A stretch of 64,000 nt of DNA, taken from NCBI GenBank assembly GCA_963663805.2, contig CAXXMR010000025.1, positions 1-64,000 of the forward strand, read 5' to 3'. The translations under genes were made by a program, and so were the position numbers. Position 1 is the stretch's first letter. Each line of letters opens with the position of its first letter. This document shows positions 42,009 through 52,116 of the stretch, piece by piece. The DNA comes from Sedimentisphaerales bacterium (GTDB taxonomy: Bacteria > Planctomycetota > Phycisphaerae > Sedimentisphaerales > SM23-30). The notes under the pieces were generated by a model. The model was given only the letters and a program-made list of their open reading frames with translations, had not been told where the DNA came from and ran no database searches.

Positions 42009-42104
42009 CTGCGGTATTATAGTTGCGATAGGCCGAATGGTCAATTTGACAGGTGGCTGGGCGTTTTACCGGCCCGACGAGCAAAAACGCGATAGGAGAG
42101 TTTT

Positions 42105-42608
42105 ATGGCGACAGCGATTAAGGTGGCGATTGTAATGGGCAGCGACAGCGACTGGCCGGTAATGAAGGTTTGCGGCGAGACCCTGCGTGAGTTTGGCATA
42201 GATTATTATGCCACGATTTCCAGTGCCCACCGCAACCCGGATAATACCGTCGAAATCGCCCGCAGTGCGGTGGACAACTGTTTGCAGGTTATCATCGCGG
42301 CTGCGGGTATGGCAGCTCATCTGGCGGGCGTGCTGGCGGCTCATACCACTGTCCCGGTAATCGGTGTGCCGATGGCTTCGGGCAGTTTGCAGGGTATTGA
42401 CGCTTTGCTTTCGACGGTACAGATGCCTCCGGGAGTGCCGGTAGCGACCGTGGGTATTGGTGCGGCAGGTGCCAAAAACGCGGCTATTCTGGCTTTGCAG
42501 ATTTTGGCCCTTTCTGACCACAAATTGGCGAGCAAGCTCGTTAAGTACAAAAAGCAGCTGGCCGACGGCGTAGCTGAAAAGGACCGCAAACTCCAACAGG
42601 AAATTTAA
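42105..42608 (+). CDS. purE: N5-CAIR mutase
   Basis: MGSDSD, SAHR, AGMAAHL, PVIGVP, QMPPGVPVATV. Confidence 0.97.
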   Translation: MATAIKVAIVMGSDSDWPVMKVCGETLREFGIDYYATISSAHRNPDNTVEIARSAVDNCLQVIIAAAGMAAHLAGVLAAHTTVPVIGVPMASGSLQGIDALLSTVQMPPGVPVATVGIGAAGAKNAAILALQILALSDHKLASKLVKYKKQLADGVAEKDRKLQQEI

Positions 42609-42610
42609 TC

Positions 42611-43662
<1,052 letters not shown>

Positions 43663-43727
43663 TAAGTAATAGGATAAACCGCAAAAAAGCCTTGCAAAAG
43701 CTGGAGTTAGCGATAATATATCGCCAT

Positions 43728-43802
43728 GCGCCCGTAGCTCAGCCCGGATAGAGCAACTGATTTCTAATCAGTAGGTCACAGGTCCAAATCCTGTCGGGCG
43801 TA
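43728..43802 (+). tRNA. tRNA-Arg (TCT), CCA not encoded
   Basis: GCGCCCG/CGGGCGT acceptor, ACTGA-TTTCTAA-TCAGT anticodon arm, ACAGG-TCCAAAT-CCTGT T-arm. Confidence 0.93.
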
Positions 43803-43813
43803 TTTTTTGATTT

Positions 43814-43852
43814 GGCCTTAGAATGCATTATATTGCACTCTAGGGCCTTTTT
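43814..43852 (+). terminator. Hairpin + T-tract after tRNA-Arg
   Basis: GGCCTTAGA..TGCA/TGCA..TCTAGGGCC followed by TTTTT. Confidence 0.55.
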
Positions 43853-43959
43853 CGTGATATGCTGGTATCGATTATCGTCCCCAGTTAATTCTCCGCTGAG
43901 TTCCGCTGAATTACATTGTTTTGCGTCCAATTTGGCAGAAATTTGGCACGCGGCTTTCC

Positions 43960-44340
43960 CGTCAAAATCAGTGTCATCGGTCCCGGTCCGCTTTTAGGAT
44001 TCCTGGGCGGGGTCGTGGAAGTCGGGCAAAGTATCAATAGCACTTTGCCTTTGCCTCAGCAAAGTATGGGTATATCGTGTTATTGTCAGGTTAATATCAG
44101 AATGTGTCTCATTAAATCCTGGGCTGCCTTGGGGTGAACACCCGCCGCCGCCAGCAAGGTTCCGAAGCTGTGTCGCAGAGCGTGGAAGTCGAGCTTGCCG
44201 CTGCCGTGGTCGGCGGGGGCAATATCCGCTTCGAGAAGGTCTTTTTTGAGCATCCGGGCCATGTTGTATTTACTGGGCAGGTCAAAGGCTGGGGCTTTGG
44301 GGAAGTTTGCTTTTGAGATAGTCCTGGATAAGCTCGGCGG
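43960..44340 (-). pseudogene. Tyrosine integrase C-terminal remnant
   Basis: DFHALRHSF (HxxR), AQDLMRH, then in a shifted frame SDINLTITRYTH (catalytic Tyr); N-terminal part absent; abuts tRNA 3' end. Confidence 0.85.
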
Positions 44341-44589
44341 TTTCCGCCTGTAGCCAGACCAAGGCGACGAATTGTCGTGGGGGTGGCAGTTATACACCTG
44401 CCGCCCCAGGTATGAGGCGTTCCGCAGACAATTCAGAGCCTTCTTATGCCTTTAAAAACCTCTTGCCGAAGGCAAGTTTAAGAGTTAATCGTGAAAGGAT
44501 TTGTCCATTTCCAACTGAGGCAATACAGAAGTTCAATAAATTATCGCCGGGAGGCGCCTGTTAATTTTACCAAAAGTCAAACCCTTTAA

Positions 44590-47217
44590 TCACGGCCAGA
44601 CGACTTCTGTGAGCCATACAGCAAGTACTTCCTGTAAGTCGTCCAAGTCAACAACGCCATCTTCGTCAACATCAGCAGATGAATTAAGCGGAACAGTAAT
44701 AGTTCCACTCACGCCGGCAAGATCCATAATTTCGGCATGCGAAAGGGCCACATCAAAAATCTTGAACTCATCAAGCCTGCCAATATGATAATCTGCCGTA
44801 CCGAGGAAGTTGGAACCAAGATGAAAATCTGTCGTGCTACTGCTCATTAACACAGTAGCATTTTCGATTGACTGAACCAATTCGCCATTGCGGTAAATGC
44901 CCATAAAACCAGTATTGGCATCCTTAACAAAAGCATAATGCGTCCAGACGCCCTTGATATCGTCAGCATGTTCAGCCGTCCACCGAGTCCAATTACTGCC
45001 TTCACTGGTGGTGCCCCAGATAATATCACCATCACTCCAAGGCTGCGAAACCATAATCACCTGATCAGCACTTCCACTATTCATGTCAGCGGCATGGAGC
45101 AAACGACATGCGGCAGGCTGCGAGGCATCACCATTGGACCAGAAAGAAATCGTCACCTGGTCACTGATGGTATGCAAAGAATCCGGCGGAACGTCAAGTG
45201 CGACAAAACCATTAAAGTAAAAACAGCCATTAATATAACCAGAAGCATTCCAGTGAGTCGATTGACCATCACTGACAGTGCCATCATAATTGTTGCCAGA
45301 AGAGTCAGCAGCATTAGTCCCTGTAGTCTCATCAAAGGTATAATACAAAACCGGGACCGCAGAAGTTGGCGTAGAAGTTACCTGATAGCCCGTCTCCATC
45401 CAGTCGGCGGCCAAAACCGCAAAGTCATACATATCGCTAAAACAATCACCCAGAGCAATATCGCCGGGGAGCTTTGACGACAAACAACGTGGAACATACA
45501 GACGAATGTCATCGAAATAGACCTTGCCCGAACCACCAGCACCGGCACCATCGCCAAAACCAATGGTCATTTGCATAATATTGGCGGGATTAACATTCGC
45601 GAAATCGTCCAGGTCAATATCCCAGTTGGTCCATCCGCTTTGCCAGGCAAATTGCAGCAAATCAGACATCTCGCCATCATAATTCACCGAAGCACTATTA
45701 GTACCATCGGAAAGAGTAACATACATAGAAACTGGCTCGGTGTTCTGGTCACCTCTAAAGTTCAGCCTCAAGGCCTGAACCCCTTTAGCGGTCCAGTTCG
45801 AATCAGAGCCCGAAAAACTGCGGGAGGTTTCGGTCTTAAACGGGCTTGCAGAGGTATTATAACGTACTTCCATGACCTTATCGTCATCAATAGCGGTGTT
45901 CAGGTAAATTACCGAACTGCTCCATATGCCCCGTAAGGCTGAAGAACTGCCGTAGTCTTCAAAGTCTTCAATACCAAAGAAACTCTCAATAGACACACTC
46001 CAGACCGAACCAGTAGTAATACTGCTGTCACCATTAACTTCATCAATACGCCAGTAGTAAGTCTCACCTAGCTGGAGCGTATCAGGAACAACATACCGAT
46101 TATTAGGATCTTCAAGCTGATTGCCGCGATAGATACCACTTAAATCAGTATTGTCCGCAGCAGCAACAGCATCAAAATCGTCACCAAAATACACGTCGTG
46201 CGAAACAGCATTGTCGCCCTTTTTCCAAAACAGCACCGGCGTTTCGGCTTCTAATACGGAAAACAAAGCCTTATTACCGGGCGTTGGCGACCAGGCCTTG
46301 GCCAAATCTAAAGGCTGAGTGTAAATGTGAGTCTCGGCGCCAACGTCTTCGACAATAATCTCACCTCGACCGCCATAAGCTGTAAAACGACCTTCACCAA
46401 TTAAAGTCTCAAGAGAAGGCACCAATGACATACCGTTACGGAAAATAATTATTCCATCATTGCGAATATCCAACGTGCCGATATCTCCCATATCCATCTG
46501 GTCAACATTGATAATACCGCCGTCAAGCTGAATATGACCAAATTGCGGGGTCGCCCAGGCAACCGCCACAATTAGCCTCTGACCATCAGCCACATATAAC
46601 GTCCCGCCATTCATCTGCAAAGTGCCAGCACCATTGTGACCTATAGCAACCCAGTATCTACTGTTGACATAACCGTTGTCGCTTATGGTGAGAGTTCCAG
46701 TCGAACCTGTCAACTGCCCCACCTGTACCACATCACCTTCGATATAAGCATCGCCGCCAACTTCTAGAATCCCCGTCCCGTTCTGACCAACAACAATCTG
46801 GCCAGCACCAGTCGCGATTATTTGCCCACCTGTCATCACAACCTTACCAGTTGCGGCGGCACCATTGGCGATAAAAACATGATTATTGTTAGTTCTTATA
46901 TCTCCGCCGGAAACAACCTCCAGAGGATAGTCAGCGGAACCGGCACCGCCGCCCACTACCAGGTAAGATATCGTAGCCGCCTGGCTGCAAACCGGGTTAT
47001 TGGTAGTAACCGGATCCAAAGTCGTATCAATCCAGGCAGAATCTACCCCGATCCCATTAGGATCATGAGGAACCTGATCTGTAACCCAGTTTTCCGGGGT
47101 ATGCCAACTGTGGTCAACACCCAGGCCGTCCCAGGTTATGTCCGCCGCAAAAACTGACCCGGAAAAAGCAAGAACAAAACCCAACAAAAACGATAATGAC
47201 AGTTTTTTTGTGTTCAT
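44590..47217 (-). CDS. Secreted multidomain protein: Gly-rich beta repeats, LamG/concanavalin-like domain, dockerin-like EF-hand motifs
   Basis: Signal peptide; YYWRIDEV module; YYTFDE..WTHYAFV..GRLDEFKIFD LamG; DVDEDGVVDLDDL..W tail. Confidence 0.85.
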   Translation of the reverse strand: MNTKKLSLSFLLGFVLAFSGSVFAADITWDGLGVDHSWHTPENWVTDQVPHDPNGIGVDSAWIDTTLDPVTTNNPVCSQAATISYLVVGGGAGSADYPLEVVSGGDIRTNNNHVFIANGAAATGKVVMTGGQIIATGAGQIVVGQNGTGILEVGGDAYIEGDVVQVGQLTGSTGTLTISDNGYVNSRYWVAIGHNGAGTLQMNGGTLYVADGQRLIVAVAWATPQFGHIQLDGGIINVDQMDMGDIGTLDIRNDGIIIFRNGMSLVPSLETLIGEGRFTAYGGRGEIIVEDVGAETHIYTQPLDLAKAWSPTPGNKALFSVLEAETPVLFWKKGDNAVSHDVYFGDDFDAVAAADNTDLSGIYRGNQLEDPNNRYVVPDTLQLGETYYWRIDEVNGDSSITTGSVWSVSIESFFGIEDFEDYGSSSALRGIWSSSVIYLNTAIDDDKVMEVRYNTSASPFKTETSRSFSGSDSNWTAKGVQALRLNFRGDQNTEPVSMYVTLSDGTNSASVNYDGEMSDLLQFAWQSGWTNWDIDLDDFANVNPANIMQMTIGFGDGAGAGGSGKVYFDDIRLYVPRCLSSKLPGDIALGDCFSDMYDFAVLAADWMETGYQVTSTPTSAVPVLYYTFDETTGTNAADSSGNNYDGTVSDGQSTHWNASGYINGCFYFNGFVALDVPPDSLHTISDQVTISFWSNGDASQPAACRLLHAADMNSGSADQVIMVSQPWSDGDIIWGTTSEGSNWTRWTAEHADDIKGVWTHYAFVKDANTGFMGIYRNGELVQSIENATVLMSSSTTDFHLGSNFLGTADYHIGRLDEFKIFDVALSHAEIMDLAGVSGTITVPLNSSADVDEDGVVDLDDLQEVLAVWLTEVVWP

Positions 47218-47329
47218 AGTTCTTCTCCTCAAAACAAATGAACAGACATCATCAGACGACGCCCAACACCGGGAGCCAAATTATCACCAGAACAGATTCT
47301 ATTAGAAAACCACTTACTACACAGCAAAA

Positions 47330-47365
47330 GTTATTGATGCCGGAGGCGACCCCAGCATCAATAAC
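47330..47365 (-). terminator. Terminator-like hairpin after PEP-CTERM gene
   Basis: GTTATTGATGC/GCATCAATAAC 11-bp stem followed by T4 on the minus strand. Confidence 0.65.
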
Positions 47366-47383
47366 ATCTATCACTAAAACCAA

Positions 47384-48445
47384 TTAAGCTTTCTTGCGAC
47401 GAATCAGAAACCCGCCCAGAGACAGCAGCATAAGACTTGCTGGTTCAGGCACAGCCGTCAAGACAGTGTTGGCCCCGTCAAAGCGGACCGTAGCATCCAA
47501 CTGACCACTAAACAAATAATCTTCCATTTCGATAGTCCAGTCCGCGCCCTCAAGAATCATCATTCCGTCGCCGGTAATCTGCATGGTACCAACCGTATTT
47601 AGTACAAGTTCCGCAGCAGTAATTGTTCCACCGTCCAACTGGACATGACCAAAGTTGTCACCGCCAGCGACCGAAAATTCACCCGCCACATTAATCACAC
47701 CGGCAGACATATTCAAAGTACCGCTGCCAAGACCGCCAACCAGAAAAGTGTCAGATGTAATAGTACCACCACTAATATTCGCAATACCGGTAGAGGCGGC
47801 AATATAATTACCGATATTGAGATTGCTGGCAACGTTCAAAACTGCATTCTCGCTAACATCCAAAGTCGCGTAGCCTTGTTGCCCAACGATGACCGAGCCG
47901 GTGCTGGTTACCGAATTCCCAGACAAGTCAAGTACACCAATCGTACCAACATTATTGCCAACAAAAAGACCTCCGGGAACATTAAGGCTACTGGAACCAG
48001 ATGCGTAAACATTATTCTTGCAGTTAGGGAACTGTCCCATATCAATAAAACCATTCACGGTCAAGCTGGCCGAATCCCTCAGACGAATCTCACCAACAGC
48101 ATCAATATTGCTACCATTACCCATATAGATGGGACCGCCAGCAACATTCAACGAAGATGTGTCGCGAATTTCCAGATCAGTCGTTCCGCTTTGACCTTGA
48201 CCCACAACCATATAGGCAGCCACGGTTTCGGCTGAACCGCCACTAATAACTGCTGTACCAACGGTCGGAGAGATCAACCAAGCATCGGTGGTAGCCGGAG
48301 TCACACCGTCGGTCCAGTTATTAACACCATCGGCCCAATTGCCATTAGCAGCATTATTAACCCAGATGTTCACTGCCAAGGCAGGGCCTGCTGCTCCGAA
48401 CAGCACCATCAAAAGGCACACACTCGTTAAAATACTTCTCACCAT
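47384..48445 (-). CDS. PEP-CTERM sorting-domain surface protein
   Basis: Signal peptide; Gly-rich repeats; VPEPASLMLLSLGGFLIRRKKA. Confidence 0.93.
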   Translation of the reverse strand: MVRSILTSVCLLMVLFGAAGPALAVNIWVNNAANGNWADGVNNWTDGVTPATTDAWLISPTVGTAVISGGSAETVAAYMVVGQGQSGTTDLEIRDTSSLNVAGGPIYMGNGSNIDAVGEIRLRDSASLTVNGFIDMGQFPNCKNNVYASGSSSLNVPGGLFVGNNVGTIGVLDLSGNSVTSTGSVIVGQQGYATLDVSENAVLNVASNLNIGNYIAASTGIANISGGTITSDTFLVGGLGSGTLNMSAGVINVAGEFSVAGGDNFGHVQLDGGTITAAELVLNTVGTMQITGDGMMILEGADWTIEMEDYLFSGQLDATVRFDGANTVLTAVPEPASLMLLSLGGFLIRRKKA

Positions 48446-48775
48446 AACATTTCCTCCTCAAATAGGATGACATAATAGTAGGTTGTGGCACATCAAACGG
48501 CTACATCACCGATTATTCACAACCCAGAAAATTACAAAACACTCCATTAATATCTCGAAACTGACTTTGCGTTAGGCCGCCGAAAGACCCGTGGTCACCT
48601 TGCTGTATCTGACAAGTTAAATATTAGCAGTTTCCTAATCTTTGTCAACTATTTTTATTGACAAACTTTGAAAATTATGAATAATTAGCCTTGCCAAGCA
48701 AATAAAAGCCTATACAATTTGCAGTAAGTTAGTCGTAACACATTAAACCGCAAACTCTTAAGTAGAAAAAACCAA

Positions 48776-49948
48776 ATGGTTGCCGGAAGAGAAAAAAAAG
48801 TAAAGCACGAACAAATCTACGAAACTATCTTCAATCGAATACTCTCACAGGAATATTCCCCCGGCGAAAAGATGCCGAATGAGCATCAATTAGCTGACAG
48901 TTTCAATGCTTCAAGACCCACCATCGGCAAAGCCCTTCAAAAACTAGAGAAAAATGGACTAATCCAGCGTAAGCCCGGCGCCGGCACCTTTGTTAAGCAA
49001 GCAGACCCCTCCCGCGGGCAAAAACTTGGGATTCTCGTACCAAGGCTTTCTGTCGAACCTGGTGATTTCCACCATTTCGTCAGCCTCTTTAGTGTAGTAG
49101 TATCCCAAATATCTCGAACAGCAAATCATTACGAACATATGTTACTAATGAACGATCTTCCCTCCGGAAACGACCAGGAAATTATTGACCACGCTTGGAC
49201 TATTTGCCATCAGTTAATCGGTATTCAGGTCAAAGGCGTATTCTTCCTTCCCTTGGAACTGCCCCCAAAATACATGCATGTCAACGCCGAAATCGCGGAA
49301 ACTCTGGATAATGCCGGAATTGCAGTTACTCTGCTTGACCGTGATATTCACGAAGGACCACAACGCAGTAAATTTGATTTGGTCGGAATTAACAATGAGC
49401 GCAGCGCTGACATCCTGACTCAACATCTAATTGATTCAGGCTGTCAAAAAATAGACTTTGTTTCAAGTCCTGCCCATGCTTCAGCGATTAACGACCGAAT
49501 TCGCGGTTACCAAAATGCCCTGATTAGAAATGGTATCCCGCCAGAAAAAGAACGCGTCCACCATTTCGCGGTCAAGCCTTTGGACAGTCGCGACGTCAGT
49601 ATTGACAAGGAAGCAGCTCGAAAACTAATGTCAGAAACCGATACCGAAGCCTTGGTTTGCGTTAATGACCGTATAGCGGGCCTTATTATGCGACAGGTGC
49701 TCGATATGGGCCTGAAGATACCTGAAAATATTCGCATCGTCGGTTTTGACGATGAGCCGCTTTGTTCTTATCTGCCGGTATCGCTAACAACCATGCGCCA
49801 GCCAGCACAGGCAATCGGTGCCGAAGCAGTACGAACAATGGTCAGCAGGATCAAAGAACCTGATATGCCTCCACGCGATATTATGCTTGGAACCGAACTG
49901 GTGATACGCAATAGTTGCGGCAGTAATCATAGTGCCCTAAAAAAGTAA
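48776..49948 (+). CDS. GntR-HTH/LacI-type effector domain regulator (AraR-like)
   Basis: KMPNEHQLA..SRPTI..GAGTFV GntR HTH; IVGFDD, LTTMRQP, LVIRNS sugar-binding domain. Confidence 0.92.
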   Translation: MVAGREKKVKHEQIYETIFNRILSQEYSPGEKMPNEHQLADSFNASRPTIGKALQKLEKNGLIQRKPGAGTFVKQADPSRGQKLGILVPRLSVEPGDFHHFVSLFSVVVSQISRTANHYEHMLLMNDLPSGNDQEIIDHAWTICHQLIGIQVKGVFFLPLELPPKYMHVNAEIAETLDNAGIAVTLLDRDIHEGPQRSKFDLVGINNERSADILTQHLIDSGCQKIDFVSSPAHASAINDRIRGYQNALIRNGIPPEKERVHHFAVKPLDSRDVSIDKEAARKLMSETDTEALVCVNDRIAGLIMRQVLDMGLKIPENIRIVGFDDEPLCSYLPVSLTTMRQPAQAIGAEAVRTMVSRIKEPDMPPRDIMLGTELVIRNSCGSNHSALKK

Positions 49949-50078
49949 AAAAGGGATTAAACTGGTAACACGGTCACCATTTCTTGATAGGCCGTTGGAC
50001 CCGATGCCGCTACTTTTGTTTGTTTTACAAATGGAGATTCGTAATTTGTGGAGTAGTTTTTTGCATAGGAGCAACGTA

Positions 50079-50972
50079 ATGATAATTAAAAAAAAGGCAT
50101 TCACTCTCGTAGAGCTTCTCGTAGTAGTGGCCATCATAGCCCTGCTGGTATCAATACTCTTACCGGCACTGGGCCAGGCCCGCGGACAAGCAAAAAAAGT
50201 AGTCTGCGCCACGCGTATGCGGCAAATCATCATGGGGGCATTAGTGTTTGCCAATGGTCAAAAAAACGGCAAACTGCCCCAGGGCGGCATCCACGGCAAA
50301 TGGGGAGGAACGGACTTTGATTACGACGATGCAATTTCTATGGCAGTCGAAGATTATTTCAACATCGGTTCTGGCTTAACAGACATCAGTGGAAACTATT
50401 CCGGAGAAGAGCCGCTAGACACCGACAAAGTAGACAGTATAGCAAAAGATTTACATGACGGTGCCCTAAGGCAATTATTCATTTGCCCGGAATCCGAAAA
50501 CAAAGAAGGGCCATATAACGGAATCCTTTTACCCAGCTCTTCCGGATCAGAATACAAGCCATATATCCATGGCTGGAGCGTAACCCCGCAACGATGGACG
50601 GTGCGGTTGGGCTATGCCTACTGGGCTGGATTCGAAAACAAGCAATGGGAGTGGAACAACGTCAACCCCATCGCGGTAAAATATCTATCCCCTGATAACG
50701 TTAGCGATAAAGGCTCCCTGGTGATGATGAGCGATGCTGCTCGTTGGATACTGGATACAGGACAATTCAGTATGATGCATACTTCGTTCGGTTATAAGGC
50801 CGGAACGGTTGCCCAAGGTGCTCCAGCCGATGAATACCCCAGTGCCGGCTCCAATGTCGGCCATCTCGACGGTTCAGTTGAATTCAAACGCTTCAGTGAA
50901 ATGTTGCCGCGACAACAGATAAAATATGGCGGCGGACAAGGAACTTTCACCAACCATTTTCTGTATTTCTAA
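50079..50972 (+). CDS. Prepilin-type N-terminal cleavage/methylation protein with H-X9-DG-like C-terminus (DUF1559-like)
   Basis: KKAFTLVELLVVVAIIALLVSILLPALGQAR; FICP; GSNVGHLDGSV; SD AGGAG. Confidence 0.9.
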   Translation: MIIKKKAFTLVELLVVVAIIALLVSILLPALGQARGQAKKVVCATRMRQIIMGALVFANGQKNGKLPQGGIHGKWGGTDFDYDDAISMAVEDYFNIGSGLTDISGNYSGEEPLDTDKVDSIAKDLHDGALRQLFICPESENKEGPYNGILLPSSSGSEYKPYIHGWSVTPQRWTVRLGYAYWAGFENKQWEWNNVNPIAVKYLSPDNVSDKGSLVMMSDAARWILDTGQFSMMHTSFGYKAGTVAQGAPADEYPSAGSNVGHLDGSVEFKRFSEMLPRQQIKYGGGQGTFTNHFLYF

Positions 50973-50974
50973 AA

Positions 50975-51258
50975 AACGAACCATAAAAAACGGTTTCCTC
51001 TATTATAAGGACATCACGCGAGGCTTTATCGGTTGGCGACATTTCTCCTGGCAACTCGACGGCCAAAACAACGGAACCCTCTTTTGGGGCAACGCAAGCC
51101 GACACGAAGCACTAAGTTCAATAAACATATTTCAGGTCAGCGGCCCCTGGAACCAGACCACGGCAACTTTCTACCTCGACAATGTTCGCCTCCTCGCCCA
51201 AAACCCCGCAGACCTCAACAGCGACGATCTAATCAACCAAAGCGACCTCAAAATCTTC
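50975..51258 (+). pseudogene. Remnant of a secreted protein with dockerin-like motif, ending at IS66 left IR
   Basis: FYLDNVRL...ADLNSDDLINQSDLKIF with no start or signal peptide. Confidence 0.6.
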
Positions 51259-52078
51259 GTAACACTTTAGCCAAGTGAAGCAGAGAACTCCGCGAGTTTT
51301 GGTAATTTGCCGGTTTTGATGTATGTTCGCAGGGCTTTTTTGATGGTAGCAACCGGGTTTAGGCCGCGTTGTTTCAGGGTAGAAAACACGCTCATCATGA
51401 TGGCGTTTCAAACGCTTAATCAACCGCTGAGCTTCCTTGTTCGACCACTCATCGGTTACGATCGGCTCAACCGCCTTGCGACAGTTCGGACACCAGTCGC
51501 GATGAATAACATGCTTTACCGTCTCAACGCGAACATCTTCCGGGATGTCTTCGATGATTCGTTCACGTGTGCCGGAACATTTTTTCAGTTCGCCGCCGCA
51601 GTCCGGACAACATGAAGCGCGATGTTCTTCGGTGCGGTCTATTTGGGTCGGCAGATTGCGGCGAGTACCTTGATGCCCTTTTTTACGGCCAAACTTTTTG
51701 CCGCGTTTTTTATCTGTTTTGTTCGGCTTGACAAAAACCGGCTTCTGACCTGAGGGACACGAAGGATCAGCCGGACTGCCGGCAACTAACGTACCTTGTG
51801 TTTTTTCCGCTGCCAGTTTCGACAGTCTCAGCAAAACAAAAACCACCGCCTCTTCACCCTGAGCAAAAATAGCTTTGGCCTGTTCCGCAGTCAATTCCTG
51901 CTCTAAGGCCAGGTCGGCGATAGTCTGTTCAGCATTCGGCTTCATCATGCCGATACTATAAACCATTACACACAATAGCGCAAATCGCCTATCTTAATAT
52001 TTTGAAGTTTTTTTGTCTTTTTTTTGCACAAGCCAACCCGAAAGCTATAGAATTTGCTTCACTTGGCTAAAATGTTAC
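51259..52078 (-). mobile_element. Internally deleted IS66-family element (820 bp)
   Basis: 24-bp terminal IRs GTAACA(C/T)TTTAGCCAAGTGAAGCA with 1 mismatch. Transposase N-terminus (PSCPSG, GRKKGHQG, CPDCGG, WCPNC) is fused to a C-terminal fragment; DDE core absent. Confidence 0.88.
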
Positions 52079-52116
52079 GAAATGGTATTACGTTCGGTTG
52101 ACAACTACATCGTTTC

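Noticed and set aside
48640..48665. GntR operator at TTGTCAA-N9-TTGACAA
   Set aside because: Equally explained by back-to-back -35 boxes of divergent promoters; no second copy found in the locus.
51250..52095. 5-bp target duplication GTAAC/GTTAC restoring a DLKIFVTKW reading frame
   Set aside because: GTAA is the normal IS66 terminus and belongs to the inverted repeats; the two 5-mers are not identical as direct repeats, so the frame match may be coincidence.
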